Source: Candidatus Delongbacteria bacterium (GTDB lineage Bacteria; CAIWAD01). Taken from it: 64,000 nucleotides of DNA. The notes under the pieces are model-generated. The model searched no databases. It was not told the DNA's origin and saw nothing but the letters and a program-made list of their open reading frames with translations. Numbering within the stretch: the first letter of the stretch is position 1; every line of letters starts with the position of its first letter. Shown here in pieces: positions 9,490 to 20,190 of this stretch. The stretch is from NCBI GenBank assembly GCA_963663545.1, contig OY760505.1:1472001-1536000 (forward strand), written 5' to 3'. The position numbers were made by a program, and so were the translations under genes.

Positions 9490-11705
9490 TCTGTTCCCTG
9501 ATCGTGGCGCTGCACGCGTATCACCTCTTTCACTTGACGCAGGCGTTTGAGTACCGTGGTAAGTTGAGCCAGGTTTTTTACATCGAGGATAATGCGACCA
9601 ATGGCAAGTTCATCTTGCCGGCGCATGTTGAACTGCAGGATATTGACATCGAGTTTGGCCAGCACTTCGGCCACGTCATGCAGCAGGTTTCGCCGGTCCG
9701 AAGCAACAAGAATGATGCGGGCGTTGAACTGCTGATCGCGACTGGCATCCCATTCCACCTCAACAATGCGCTCGGGTTGACTAAGCAGCTGGTTGATGTT
9801 GGGACAGGTCCGCCGGTGAACCTTGACGCCCTTACCTGTAACGATCAGGCCAATGATATCGTCACCGGGGACGGGCTGGCAACACTTCGAAAAGTGAATC
9901 ACCATGTTGCTCATGCCGTGCACACGTACCGCGCTTGGATTGCGATCCTGCTTGTCGCCGCGGCGAAAAATGCGCATCAGCAGGCTTTCGGGGCGTGCCG
10001 GAGTCTCTGCGGGATCCAGCTTGCCGATCACATTGCCAACAGGAAGGTCACCGTTACCAATAGCCACGTAAAGCGCCTGCGCACTGCGGAAGCCCATACT
10101 TTGGGCCAGATCCTCCAGATCCACCGTCCTTAAGGTGATCGAACGCCGTCCGCACTCCTTGCGCAACACTTCCTCGCCCAACTCCAGACTCTGTTGCCAC
10201 TGGCTCTCGCGCAACCAGCGTTTGATGCGCGAGCGTGCCTTGTGCGTGCGCACAATTTTCAGCCAGTCGAGAGTCGGCGTTTGCTTCTTGGAGGTAATCA
10301 CCTCTACTGTGCAGCCGCTGGTGAGTTCGTAGTTCAGCGGTACGATGTGGGCATTTACCTTTGCGCCGATGCAATGCAGACCGACACTGGTATGCACGGC
10401 AAAAGCAAAATCGATAGGCGTGCTCCCGGCAGGCAGCTTGAAGAGATCACCTTTTGGCGTAAAGACGAAGATGTCGTCTTGGTAGAGGTTGATTTTCAGG
10501 CCTTCGAGGAATTCCTGATTGCTGCTGTCGTAGCTGTCCTCATCCAACACCTGCTTGATCCAGGTGGAAATGCGGTCGAGTTGCTCGTCGGTGCGGTCGC
10601 CGCCTTCCTTGTACAGCCAGTGCGCGGCAAGTCCGTACTCGGCGACACGGTTCATCTCTTCGGTGCGAATCTGCACTTCAAGGGTTCGTCCACGCGGACC
10701 AACAACCTTGGTGTGCAAGCTCTGGTAGCCGTTCGACTTGGGAGCCGCGATGTAATCCGAGAAGCGATCCGTGATGGGCGTGTAAATGTTGTGTACTACA
10801 CCTAGCGCGAAATAGCAATCGCTTACCGTCGGCACAATAACACGCACAGCAAACAGGTCGAGGATCTCCTCGAAGCTCTTGTTGCGCTTATGAATCTTGT
10901 GATACACAGAGTAGAAGTGCTTCGGCCTGCCGAAGATGCGAAAGGTCTTGCCGTATTCCTCGAGCTTGCTGCGAAGTGGCGCGACGGCCTCTTCGATTAC
11001 ATCTTCGCGTTCGCCGTACTTGAGGTTGATGCGCTCTTCGAGATCGCGGTAAAATTCCGGTTCGAGCACTTTCAGCGAGAGGTCTTCCAACTCCCACTTG
11101 ATGGAGCCAATACCAAAACGGTGCGCTAGGGGCGCGTAGAGCTCAATTGTCTCACGGGCGATGCGCTCGGCCTTGGCGTGTGACAGCGCATCAATGGTGC
11201 GCATGTTATGGAGTCGGTCGGCGAACTTGACGAAGATGACGCGTATGTCCTGCGCCATCGATAAGAGCATCTTGCGATAATTCTCGCTCTGCTGATGCTC
11301 GAAGCTCTGGAATTTGAGGCCGCTGAGTTTTGTCACACCGTTGACAATAACCGCAACCTGATCGCCGAACTGCTCTTGCAGATTCGCCAGACTTGCTCCG
11401 CGATCCGCACTATCCTCTACTACGTCGTGCAAAAGACTGGCAATCAGCGTGTCCTGATCCATCTTCAGACCGACCAGAATGCGCATCACCTGCACAGGAT
11501 GCTCGATGTAGGGTTCGCCGGACTTGCGAGCTTGTCCCTCATGCATCTGCCAGGCGTAGTCGAATGCCTGTAGTACTTGCTCATCGCTAAGTGCTGGCGA
11601 GTACTCACGCGCCTGTACAAGCAACTCCTCGATCTCGCTACGGTAGTGGTCGTAGTTGAGAGTTGTATCACGGGGCGGATTACTGTGCTTCACAAGTTTC
11701 GGCAT
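9483..11705 (-). CDS. relA: Bifunctional (p)ppGpp synthetase/hydrolase (long RSH)
   Basis: HD motif LHDVVED, RPKHFYS, YQSLHT, EVQIRT, TGS and ACT domains. Confidence 0.95.
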   Translation of the reverse strand: MPKLVKHSNPPRDTTLNYDHYRSEIEELLVQAREYSPALSDEQVLQAFDYAWQMHEGQARKSGEPYIEHPVQVMRILVGLKMDQDTLIASLLHDVVEDSADRGASLANLQEQFGDQVAVIVNGVTKLSGLKFQSFEHQQSENYRKMLLSMAQDIRVIFVKFADRLHNMRTIDALSHAKAERIARETIELYAPLAHRFGIGSIKWELEDLSLKVLEPEFYRDLEERINLKYGEREDVIEEAVAPLRSKLEEYGKTFRIFGRPKHFYSVYHKIHKRNKSFEEILDLFAVRVIVPTVSDCYFALGVVHNIYTPITDRFSDYIAAPKSNGYQSLHTKVVGPRGRTLEVQIRTEEMNRVAEYGLAAHWLYKEGGDRTDEQLDRISTWIKQVLDEDSYDSSNQEFLEGLKINLYQDDIFVFTPKGDLFKLPAGSTPIDFAFAVHTSVGLHCIGAKVNAHIVPLNYELTSGCTVEVITSKKQTPTLDWLKIVRTHKARSRIKRWLRESQWQQSLELGEEVLRKECGRRSITLRTVDLEDLAQSMGFRSAQALYVAIGNGDLPVGNVIGKLDPAETPARPESLLMRIFRRGDKQDRNPSAVRVHGMSNMVIHFSKCCQPVPGDDIIGLIVTGKGVKVHRRTCPNINQLLSQPERIVEVEWDASRDQQFNARIILVASDRRNLLHDVAEVLAKLDVNILQFNMRRQDELAIGRIILDVKNLAQLTTVLKRLRQVKEVIRVQRHDQGTDW

Positions 11706-11722
11706 AGGTTCAGGTCCGCAGA

Positions 11723-13171
11723 TTAGAAGGGCGAATCGTCCTCAGCAAAACGACTTCCCGCGTGTCTGATTTCCGGCGGAATTTCTTCGTGCGATCCCGC
11801 TCCGGGCGGCGGATCTCCGGCATTGTAATCGACCTCGGAGAAGCGGCCACTGCTCTTGTCGAAGTGCAAGGTGACAATGCCTGTGGGACCATTACGATGC
11901 TTGCCCACAATGACTTCCGCCTTTCCTTCATTGCTGTTGCCCTCAGCGTCAGTGGCCGAGTACATCTCAGGACGATACACGAAGACCACAAGGTCAGCAT
12001 CCTGTTCAATGGCGCCTGAATCGCGTAGATCGGAAAGCATCGGCCGCTTGTCACCGCCACGCTGCTCAACCATTCGACTTAGCTGCGAAAGCGCAATGAT
12101 AGGAACATGCAACTCTTTGGCGAGCGCTTTGATGGATTTGGAAACCATCGCAACACCCAGCTGGTGATTGTCGGCCTTTGGAATCTGCATCAACTGCAGG
12201 TAGTCGAGTACAATCAACTTGATTCCATACTGTGACACAGCACGCCTGGACTTACTGCGCATCTCGGCCATGGATAAGCCAGGTGTTTCATCGATGTAAA
12301 TCTTGTAATCGGTGAGACGTATCACAGCTTCCTGCACACGTCCCCACTCAGCACCGTAGAGTTTCTTGGTGCGGATGCGCTTTCCCTCAACACCAGAGAG
12401 GCGGCTGATCAGGCGGTAGGCAAGCTGGTCCGCTGACATTTCCAGGCTGAAGAATAGCACACCGTGGCCACGCTCCGCTGCGTTAAGTGCAAAGTTCAAT
12501 GCTAGCGCGGTCTTGCCCATCGAGGGCCGCGCAGCCAGAATAATCATATCAGAGGGCTGAAAACCACTGGTCATCTCATCCAGACGATTGAAGCCGGTTG
12601 GGACGCCGAGTAGTTCATGCTCTTCACTGCTGTCCAGATGCTCCATCGTCTGGTGCATCAGGCTGGACAAGGCAATCAGATCCTTGCGATCCGTGCTGTT
12701 GCCTAGTGAGAAAAACGCGCTTTCTGCCTCGTTCAGCAAGTCAGCGGGATCAGTTCCGGGCGTATAGGCGTTTTCCAGAATACCCGAACTTGCCTGTATC
12801 ACACGGCGCAAGAGCGCTCGATCGCGAACGATGCCTGCGTGATACTCGGCATTGGCAGCGCTGTCCACGTATACCGATAGCGCTTGCAGGTATTCCAGCC
12901 CACCCGCTTCGCCAATGTAATCGCGTTTGCCACCGCTGGTCATCCGCTCCAGCTCCTGCTGGACCTGCAGATAATCCACCGGCTCGCCACGCTGCGCCAG
13001 ATTCAAAATGGATTGATAAATGTGCTGATGAGAAAGGCTGTAAAAGTCCTCGCACTGCCCAAGGATCTGGACAACGGAATCCACCGCCGCACTGGAGATC
13101 AGCGCTGCGCCAAGCACACATTTCTCGGCTTCGTCGTGATGCGGAAGCAGGCGTCCCTGTTCGTCCTTCAT
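11723..13171 (-). CDS. dnaB: Replicative DNA helicase
   Basis: AARPSMGKT, FSLEM, DYLQL, LSQLSR, DLRDSGAIEQDAD, KHRNG. Confidence 0.97.
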   Translation of the reverse strand: MKDEQGRLLPHHDEAEKCVLGAALISSAAVDSVVQILGQCEDFYSLSHQHIYQSILNLAQRGEPVDYLQVQQELERMTSGGKRDYIGEAGGLEYLQALSVYVDSAANAEYHAGIVRDRALLRRVIQASSGILENAYTPGTDPADLLNEAESAFFSLGNSTDRKDLIALSSLMHQTMEHLDSSEEHELLGVPTGFNRLDEMTSGFQPSDMIILAARPSMGKTALALNFALNAAERGHGVLFFSLEMSADQLAYRLISRLSGVEGKRIRTKKLYGAEWGRVQEAVIRLTDYKIYIDETPGLSMAEMRSKSRRAVSQYGIKLIVLDYLQLMQIPKADNHQLGVAMVSKSIKALAKELHVPIIALSQLSRMVEQRGGDKRPMLSDLRDSGAIEQDADLVVFVYRPEMYSATDAEGNSNEGKAEVIVGKHRNGPTGIVTLHFDKSSGRFSEVDYNAGDPPPGAGSHEEIPPEIRHAGSRFAEDDSPF

Positions 13172-13187
13172 GGCTCAGCGTTCGCGA

Positions 13188-14120
13188 TCAGCTAAGGCTG
13201 CCCGCGCTTCCTCCAAGTTTGTGATACAAGGCCTGTGCCGCCTGTAGATCTTCCCAAGCGGGACGCTTCCAATGCTGATTACGGAGTAAGGCAGCGGGAT
13301 GATATGTGACACGCAGCGGAGTTCCTCGCCACTCGTGCGTTGCACCGCGCATCTCGCGAAGGCTTAGTTCATTCGCCAATAAGGTTTTGCCAGCAACGCG
13401 TCCCAGGGCCAGAAGCAGCTTGGGTTGAATGAGCTGAAGCTGGCGCTCCAATAGTGGGACACAATTACCAACCTCATCTGGATTCGGATCACGATTGTTG
13501 GTTGGGCGGCACTTGAGGATGTTGCAGATATAGACGTCCTCACGAGCAAAACCGATAGCAGCCAGCATCTTGGTCAAAAGCTGCCCCGCTGGCCCGACAA
13601 AGGGTTCACCCTGTTCGTCTTCCATGGCCCCTGGCGCTTCCCCTACCAACACAAGATCGGCATTGGGATTGCCTGCGCCAAACACCATGTGCTGGCGCTT
13701 CTTCCCAATAGCACAACGCTGACACGCCCGCGCTACTTCTCGAAGCGAATCCAGATTGCCGGCACGTAAAATCTGTGATCCATCCTCGCGCCCTGCCACA
13801 TTCGCATCTGTAACATGTATCACCGGAGGTTTGACCGCAGTTGGCTCCTCAATGGTTTGGGCGCGCACCACAATCTCTACCGATGATGGATCCTGTGTCA
13901 CATCTGCCGGACAGGCCTTGGCATGCTGTTGTGCGATTTCTGAAGCTTGTCTCTCCGGGGATACCTGCCTACGCCGTGGCACCTGCCTTCGCGCCTGTTG
14001 AAGCTTCGCCGAGTCAAGCAAGGTCTTCTGCAACTCGGTGTCACAACCGAAAGCAAGCGGACCGAAGTCCGCGCGCTCAGCCAGCCACTGTAGTAATAGA
14101 GGTTGCAGTTCACTTTTCAT
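13188..14120 (-). CDS. Uracil-DNA glycosylase family 4 (Fe-S)
   Basis: CQRC, GEAPG, PFVGPAG, KCRP, TYHPAALLR. Confidence 0.92.
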   Translation of the reverse strand: MKSELQPLLLQWLAERADFGPLAFGCDTELQKTLLDSAKLQQARRQVPRRRQVSPERQASEIAQQHAKACPADVTQDPSSVEIVVRAQTIEEPTAVKPPVIHVTDANVAGREDGSQILRAGNLDSLREVARACQRCAIGKKRQHMVFGAGNPNADLVLVGEAPGAMEDEQGEPFVGPAGQLLTKMLAAIGFAREDVYICNILKCRPTNNRDPNPDEVGNCVPLLERQLQLIQPKLLLALGRVAGKTLLANELSLREMRGATHEWRGTPLRVTYHPAALLRNQHWKRPAWEDLQAAQALYHKLGGSAGSLS

Positions 14121-15343
14121 TCAGCAACTCCCGTGTGCGCAGGAGCATTCAAGAGAAGCGCAGCCCGCTGCAGGACACGCGTGGCAGCGTCTTCTTTGCT
14201 CATTAGGTCCAGATCTTCGCGAACGCCGTCCACAGACAATAGAGTCAATCGATTTGTATCACATGCAAATCCGGCACCTTCTTCGCGGGGATTGTTCAGA
14301 CAGATGATATCCAGATGTTTGCGTCTCAGCTTGTCCAGAGCCAGTTCAACACCATTCTCCACCTGCACGGCAAACCCGACATGAACACGTTCGCCTTTGT
14401 CCTTGGCGAGGGCCGCAAGGATATCGATTGTCCGTGATAGCTCAAGACACATTGGACCTTCGCTCTTGCTGAGCTTGCCGGCGTGATACACCGACGGTGT
14501 ATAGTCGGCTACAGCTGCCGCCATAATGATGAGATCTGCACCCCTTGCCTGCTGTAGAACAGCTTCAGCCATTTGAGCCGCGCTGCGTACGTTGATGCGT
14601 GTTACACCAACGGGCGTTTCCTGTGTTGAGGGTCCGGCCACAAGCACGGTATCGGCGCCCATCCACTGTGCCACACGAGCCAGGGCAAAGCCCATCTTTC
14701 CGGTAGAGCGATTGCTCAGGAAACGAACCTCGTCGATATCCTCGTGGGTAGGACCTGCGCTGATCAGCACTCGTCTGCCTCGTAGCTCATCACCGGCCAT
14801 TAGGAGTGCGCGTGCGTGCTCGAAAATCTCTTCTGGCTCAGCCATGCGACCATCGCCGGTCTCACCACAGGCCAACCAGCCACTAGTTGGTGATACAATG
14901 CGAGCACCATCATGCTGCACTTGCGCAAGATTGCGTTGCACAGCCGGATTCGCCCACATGCGCTTGTTCATCGCAGGCGCAAACAGAATCGTTTTGTCGT
15001 AGGCGCAGAGCAGGGTGGAAAGGAAGTCATCTGCGATACCGTTGGCGACCTTGCCCAGGATGTTCGCCGATGCCGGAGCTACAATCGCCAAGTCGGCCCA
15101 GATACTCAGATCAACGTGCTCAGCACCGTGGACGACTCCGCCGTTGAAAGGATCAGCGTAGACAGGATTTCCGCTAAGGGTAGAGAAGGTCAAGGGGCCG
15201 ACGAACTGCTCCGCGTGACGCGTCATTACCACACGGACATCGGCCCCCCAAGAAGAGAGCAGGCGGACCAACCGGCAGGATTTGTAACACGCAATTCCAC
15301 CGGTCAGCCCCAGCAGGATCCTAGGCTTCGCTGGGTCCGACAT
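14117..15343 (-). CDS. coaBC: Phosphopantothenoylcysteine decarboxylase/ligase
   Basis: TGGIACYK, APAMN, LACG..GDGR, AGPT.E.ID.VRFLSN.STGKMG, AAVADY. Confidence 0.95.
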   Translation of the reverse strand: MSDPAKPRILLGLTGGIACYKSCRLVRLLSSWGADVRVVMTRHAEQFVGPLTFSTLSGNPVYADPFNGGVVHGAEHVDLSIWADLAIVAPASANILGKVANGIADDFLSTLLCAYDKTILFAPAMNKRMWANPAVQRNLAQVQHDGARIVSPTSGWLACGETGDGRMAEPEEIFEHARALLMAGDELRGRRVLISAGPTHEDIDEVRFLSNRSTGKMGFALARVAQWMGADTVLVAGPSTQETPVGVTRINVRSAAQMAEAVLQQARGADLIIMAAAVADYTPSVYHAGKLSKSEGPMCLELSRTIDILAALAKDKGERVHVGFAVQVENGVELALDKLRRKHLDIICLNNPREEGAGFACDTNRLTLLSVDGVREDLDLMSKEDAATRVLQRAALLLNAPAHTGVAE

Positions 15344-15626
15344 CGTGTGGATCCAGGTAGTCGTAGTCGACATTGCCGTCCAGCATCTCGTTCACGGCCT
15401 TGGTCGTGGGACGTGGCAAGGGCGGGAGTTCCAGCTCTTCGGGTTCCTCAGGAGCTTCCTCGCTCAAATTCAATGTCGCCTGGTACTCCTCATGCAGCTT
15501 GTTGAGGATTTCCTTCTGGTGCATCTGAATCTGGCGGGCACGTTGCCCCATCACCAGGATGGCTTCGTAAATGTTCGTGTTGCTGTTTTCGAAGTCTTCC
15601 TTGGTGGTGTCGTGCATTTTCTTCAT
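15321..15626 (-). CDS. rpoZ: RNA polymerase omega subunit
   Basis: NIYEAILVMGQRARQI...RPTTKAV; gmk-rpoZ-coaBC synteny. Confidence 0.8.
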   Translation of the reverse strand: MKKMHDTTKEDFENSNTNIYEAILVMGQRARQIQMHQKEILNKLHEEYQATLNLSEEAPEEPEELELPPLPRPTTKAVNEMLDGNVDYDYLDPHDVGPSEA

Positions 15627-15659
15627 CGACTCACCTTGTAACTGGTTTGTATCACAACT

Positions 15660-16229
15660 TTACTTATTCATTCGCGCCTGAAGAATGGCGGCCAGTTCAC
15701 CGGCAGCCACATCCAGGTTGTCATTCACTACGCACTTGTCAAAACGCGGTGCAAGTTCCATTTCTTCCTGCACACGCTTCAAGCGAATAGCGATCTGCTC
15801 TTCGCTGTCCGTAGCCCGTTCACGCAAGCGACGCTCAAGCGCATCCAAGGAAGGGGGCGCAATGAACACCAACAGCACATCGGCCAGTCGCTCGCGCGCA
15901 TTTAGAGCGCCCTTCACATCAAGATCCAGCAAAACATGGCGTCCCATTGCCCGTAACCGCTCGATCTCTGATTTCAAGGTACCATAGCGATTGGCGTGCA
16001 GCTCTTCCCATTCGACAAAGTCGTCGTTGCGGACGTGCGCGTCAAACTCATCGCGACTGAGAAAGTAGTACTCGCGACCATTGACTTCGCCCATTCGCGG
16101 TGAACGTGTCGTGCAGCTAACGGCGAACACGCAGTCGTCCCGGTCATCCATGAAGCGATGCAGTAGTGTGGATTTCCCCGCTCCGGACGGCCCGGCGACT
16201 ACCGTCAATGTGCCGGTCTTGCTACTCAA
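15660..16229 (-). CDS. gmk: Guanylate kinase
   Basis: GPSGAGKST, TTRSPRMGEVNGREYYF; probable TTG start overlapping the yicC stop. Confidence 0.95.
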   Translation of the reverse strand: MSSKTGTLTVVAGPSGAGKSTLLHRFMDDRDDCVFAVSCTTRSPRMGEVNGREYYFLSRDEFDAHVRNDDFVEWEELHANRYGTLKSEIERLRAMGRHVLLDLDVKGALNARERLADVLLVFIAPPSLDALERRLRERATDSEEQIAIRLKRVQEEMELAPRFDKCVVNDNLDVAAGELAAILQARMNK

Positions 16230-17097
16230 TGTTCTGCACCTGTTCGCGAATTCGCTCAACCTCTTCCTTGATCACAAGAACAAGATGGGTTATTCCGGTG
16301 TCGGGCGACTTGGAGCTGACTGTGTTGGCCTCGCGAATCATCTCCTGCAGGATGAAATTCAGCTTGCTGCCGATAGCTCCGTCTCCATCCATGGTTTGAC
16401 GAAACAATTCGACATGACTGCGGAAGCGCGTGATTTCTTCTGAGATGTCCTGTTTGTCCAATAGAATGGCCACTTCCATCTCGAAGCGCTCGGGCTTCAG
16501 CTCGCTGCCCTCGATCAGCTTACCCAGCTTCTCCTGCAGTTGCTGCCGACGCAGCGGACGGTTGCTTTCCCAAGCAGCAGTGATTTCGCCAAAAGTGCTC
16601 TCGATCAAGCTCAGACGATCGAGCAAATCTCTGCGCATCACTTCACCCTCACGGGCTCGCGCTGCTTTGAAGGCCGTCAACGCCTCACCCAGCACATCCT
16701 GCATCAGAGCATAAAGCTCCTCATCGGTGTTGGTACTATCCTGGGAGCTTAGAACACCCTCGAATTGCATCAGCTCGTAGGTACCAAGGTTATCTGGCAG
16801 ATCAAGCGTCTTGGCCAGTTCTGCGGCAGCACGACGATAAGCGGCTGCCAGCGACATATCCAGATCTACCTGCAAGGGCGCGTCCTCGCCCCGCTGCAGA
16901 CTCATGAAAACGCTCAATTTACCGCGATAGAGTTCCTTTTTCAGCAACTCGCGCAATTGGTGCTGAAAGGGAAATAGCTGTCGTGGAAGTTTGAGACTGA
17001 TTTCAAGGAAGCGATTGTTCAGACTGGATAGTTCTACCTGAAGGTGAAAGCCGGCTTTGTTTCCGTCCGCCCTACCGAAGCCCGTCATCGAATGCAT
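16222..17097 (-). CDS. yicC: YicC/YloC family endoribonuclease
   Basis: MHSMTGFGR...EEITRF..H...REANT..SK...REQVQNIE. Confidence 0.95.
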   Translation of the reverse strand: MHSMTGFGRADGNKAGFHLQVELSSLNNRFLEISLKLPRQLFPFQHQLRELLKKELYRGKLSVFMSLQRGEDAPLQVDLDMSLAAAYRRAAAELAKTLDLPDNLGTYELMQFEGVLSSQDSTNTDEELYALMQDVLGEALTAFKAARAREGEVMRRDLLDRLSLIESTFGEITAAWESNRPLRRQQLQEKLGKLIEGSELKPERFEMEVAILLDKQDISEEITRFRSHVELFRQTMDGDGAIGSKLNFILQEMIREANTVSSKSPDTGITHLVLVIKEEVERIREQVQNIE

Positions 17098-17114
17098 ATC
17101 ACCACCGCAAGATG

Positions 17115-17148
17115 AAAGCCCCCCGCTGCCCGTAGGCTCGGGGGGGCT
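17115..17148 (-). terminator. Intrinsic terminator
   Basis: G/C-run hairpin followed by TTT on the minus strand, after the sigma gene. Confidence 0.55.
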
Positions 17149-17167
17149 GGTACGCTCTTTGTGCCTG

Positions 17168-17998
17168 TTAGCCTAGATAGGCCTTCAGGTTTTTACTCCG
17201 GCTCGCGTGACGCAGGCGACGCAAAGCCTTCTCCTTGATCTGGCGCACGCGTTCGCGGGTCAGGCTGAACTTCTCGCCGATCTCCTCCAAGGTCATCGGA
17301 TGCTCGCGATGCAAGCCGAAATAGAGACGCACAACTTCGGCCTCCCGCTCGCTAAGCGTTGCCAACGCGCGATTGACCTCGGTCTTCAGCGATTCATCCA
17401 TCAGACAGGAATCCGGCGCAGGCTGGCTATCGTTGTGGATGATGTCCAGTAGGCGGTTTTCCTCACCCAAGTTGAAAGGCGCGTCCATGGAGAGGTGACG
17501 GCCCGATCGCTTCATCGTGTCGGTTACTTCGTAAGCCGACATTTCCAGTGTTTCCGCGATTTCATCGGGCGAAGGTTCGCGCTCCATCTTTTGCTCAAGC
17601 TGATTGTAGGTTTTGCCAATCTTGTTGAGCGCACCGACGCGGTTGAGTGGAAGTCGCACAACGCGGCTCTGCTCGGCCAGTGCCTGCAGAATGGACTGAC
17701 GAATCCACCACACAGCGTAGCTGATGAACTTGAATCCACGCGTCTCATCGAAGCGCTTGGCTGCCTTTATCAGGCCCAGGTTGCCCTCGTTGATGAGATC
17801 GCATAGGTCCAAGCCCTGGTTCTGATATTGCTTGGCCACGGACACGACGAAGCGCAAGTTGGCCTTGGTCAGCTTCTCCAGGGCAATCTGGTCGCCCTTC
17901 TTGATTCGCTTGGCCAGCTCAATCTCTTCATCGGGTGTGAGGAGTTCGACTTCACCGATCTCCTGCAGGTATCTTTCGAGGGTTTGATTGGCACGCAC
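17168..17998 (-). CDS. RNA polymerase sigma-70 factor, RpoD/SigA family (short form)
   Basis: [53 protein letters not shown]; probable GTG start at 17998. Confidence 0.93.
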   Translation of the reverse strand: MRANQTLERYLQEIGEVELLTPDEEIELAKRIKKGDQIALEKLTKANLRFVVSVAKQYQNQGLDLCDLINEGNLGLIKAAKRFDETRGFKFISYAVWWIRQSILQALAEQSRVVRLPLNRVGALNKIGKTYNQLEQKMEREPSPDEIAETLEMSAYEVTDTMKRSGRHLSMDAPFNLGEENRLLDIIHNDSQPAPDSCLMDESLKTEVNRALATLSEREAEVVRLYFGLHREHPMTLEEIGEKFSLTRERVRQIKEKALRRLRHASRSKNLKAYLG

Positions 17999-18023
17999 TG
18001 CAGCCTGATCTCCCTTTTGGGGT

Positions 18024-19550
18024 TCAGGGCACGACCGGAACGATTGTGCTCCGGCTGCCACGAATAATGTGAACCAACGTTGCGCGTTCCAGACCGCGCA
18101 GCCTGTTTGCGGCATCCCGATAATCGTCCAGATCCTCAATAGAGTATCGGTCGATCTTGGTGATCACATCACCCACATTCAGGGTGCCACGAGCGGGAGA
18201 ATCCCGCCTCAGGCCTGTGACGACAACTCCACCGTGTCGCCTCACCAGTTCTTCGCTCAACTCGTAACGCGCAAGAGTCCGGGCATCGATTTCGGCAACA
18301 TCAAGGCCGAGATACGGTGCTTCCAATTCCTCACGCGGTTGGGAAGGAGCTTCGCCCGTAATGCCGGCAATGTGCAAAGCACGATCCACCAGGGTGAACT
18401 TCAGCGTGCGACGCTTGCCGCCGCGTATCACCTCTGCCGTGGCTTTTTCGCCGGGACGAACACGCGCGACTTTGATGCGGAAATCGTTTACCTTCTGGAC
18501 ATCCTCGTCATTCCATTTGGTGATAACATCACCTGGCTCCAGTCCACCCTCCGCGGCTGGAGTATCGTCTTCCACTGAATCGACGAAAATGCCAGGCTGG
18601 TTGTCGTCCAACTCAAGTCCGGCGCGCAACTCCGATGTCAACTCCACCGGCACCATGCCCAGATATCCCCGGGTTACCTGACCGCGCTCGATCAGATCCT
18701 GAGCTATCTGCACCGCCATATTGGAGGGAATTGCAAAGCCGATTCCCTGTCCCATGGCGTTGATCGCGGTGTTGATGCCGATGACTTCACCGCGAATGTT
18801 TACCAGCGGTCCGCCCGAATTGCCAAAATTGATGGCGGCGTCCGTCTGGGTAAAGTTCTGAAAGATGGGAGCGCCGCCTGAAATGTTCAGGTTGGCTCGC
18901 CCTTTGGCACTGATGACACCTACCGTCAGTGTCTGATCAAGGCCCAGCGGATTACCGAGCGCAATAGCCCAGTCCCCCACTCGAATGGCATCACTGTCGC
19001 CGATTATGGCCACGTGATCCCTGTCAAAGCCGTGATCCACCTTTACCACCGCAAGGTCCGTCTCCGGATCTGTGCCCACCACACTCGCTTCCAACTCCGT
19101 ACCGTCTGACAGGACGATAGTAATCTCATCTGCATCGGCGACTACGTGATTGTTGGTTAGCACATGACCTTGTTCGTCAAAGATGAAGCCGCTACCCGAG
19201 GAGCTCACCTCCCGCTGCTGCGGCTGACCGTTTGGGGTACCGGGAATGCCAAAAAACTCATGCCAGTACCGGTCTTCAAACAACGACTGCCCACCTTGAG
19301 CAGCCTGCTCACGCACCTTGATATGAACAACCGTGGGTAGCATACGCTGTGCCACTTCCACGAAAGGCGAAGTGCCCTGGTTATCCACGAAAAACCTATT
19401 ACCGGGCTGTGGCCCGGCAAGCTCTTCCGCCTGAATGGGCGTGGTCCACTGTCGACCACTTGCATAAAGTATGCCCAGAAGGAAGAAGAGACTTGCGGAA
19501 AAGATCTTAAGGTTAGTATTATGTAGGGGTTGCAACAGGTTTTTGTTCAT
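18024..19550 (-). CDS. DegP/HtrA (Do-family) serine protease with two PDZ domains
   Basis: [28 protein letters not shown]. Confidence 0.95.
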   Translation of the reverse strand: MNKNLLQPLHNTNLKIFSASLFFLLGILYASGRQWTTPIQAEELAGPQPGNRFFVDNQGTSPFVEVAQRMLPTVVHIKVREQAAQGGQSLFEDRYWHEFFGIPGTPNGQPQQREVSSSGSGFIFDEQGHVLTNNHVVADADEITIVLSDGTELEASVVGTDPETDLAVVKVDHGFDRDHVAIIGDSDAIRVGDWAIALGNPLGLDQTLTVGVISAKGRANLNISGGAPIFQNFTQTDAAINFGNSGGPLVNIRGEVIGINTAINAMGQGIGFAIPSNMAVQIAQDLIERGQVTRGYLGMVPVELTSELRAGLELDDNQPGIFVDSVEDDTPAAEGGLEPGDVITKWNDEDVQKVNDFRIKVARVRPGEKATAEVIRGGKRRTLKFTLVDRALHIAGITGEAPSQPREELEAPYLGLDVAEIDARTLARYELSEELVRRHGGVVVTGLRRDSPARGTLNVGDVITKIDRYSIEDLDDYRDAANRLRGLERATLVHIIRGSRSTIVPVVP

Positions 19551-19649
19551 TTCGATTTCCCCCAAGTTGCACAGAGTAATATTCCGTCTTCCCACTTGCA
19601 AGACAGCCGTGTTCAAGATCTTGACACTTGACCGTGCAAGTTGACAGCT

Positions 19650-19675
19650 AATACAGCTCTAGGGGACGAAGTTCC
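19650..19675 (-). promoter_or_regulatory. Possible ECF-sigma promoter of the DegP gene
   Basis: Minus strand GGAAC-N16-GTATT; degP homologs are often ECF-controlled. Confidence 0.3.
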
Positions 19676-19698
19676 CGTCTGTTCAATTTGACACAAGG

Positions 19699-20190
19699 CT
19701 AGCTGCGCTCAACGTCATCCACCTCTTCTGCACCATCATCCTCGCTGTTATCCACAGAGTCGACGTCCACAACGCGCGCCTCGTCGGCACCTTCTTCCGC
19801 GCCATCCGTCAGTGTCTCGTCCAGTTCCCACTCAGCGTCAACCGTCTCTTCGCTTCTAGTTGATCCGCCGCCCGTGCGCGCGTGCTTCAGCATCTCCTCG
19901 TACTGATCCACCAAGCCCTGCAGGGCGTGTTCCAATTCAGCACTGCGCTCAATGAGTGCCTGAACTTGCGCATCCTCCTGCAAAGGTTCTGATCGTGTCT
20001 CATCTGCGGACATCAGCGCATAGACGCGTGCGCCCAGTTCGCCGAATTGCCGCGCCAGACGACGCTTCTGGCTGGCAATCTCGATCTTCAGACGACCAAG
20101 ACGCGTCCACTCCTCCGCCTTCTGCACGGTAAACTCGAAGCCCTCGCGCAAGGTCTGACGAACCTGACTCCAGCGATCCTCGTTACTCAT
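19699..20190 (-). CDS. Hypothetical coiled-coil protein with acidic tail
   Basis: ORF overlapping the upstream stop, GGAG RBS. Confidence 0.7.
   Translation of the reverse strand: MSNEDRWSQVRQTLREGFEFTVQKAEEWTRLGRLKIEIASQKRRLARQFGELGARVYALMSADETRSEPLQEDAQVQALIERSAELEHALQGLVDQYEEMLKHARTGGGSTRSEETVDAEWELDETLTDGAEEGADEARVVDVDSVDNSEDDGAEEVDDVERS

Noticed and set aside
11723..13171. Intein in DnaB
   Set aside because: Normal length with contiguous motifs
19748..19756. Perfect DnaA box TTATCCACA
   Set aside because: Isolated and inside a coding sequence; one chance hit is expected
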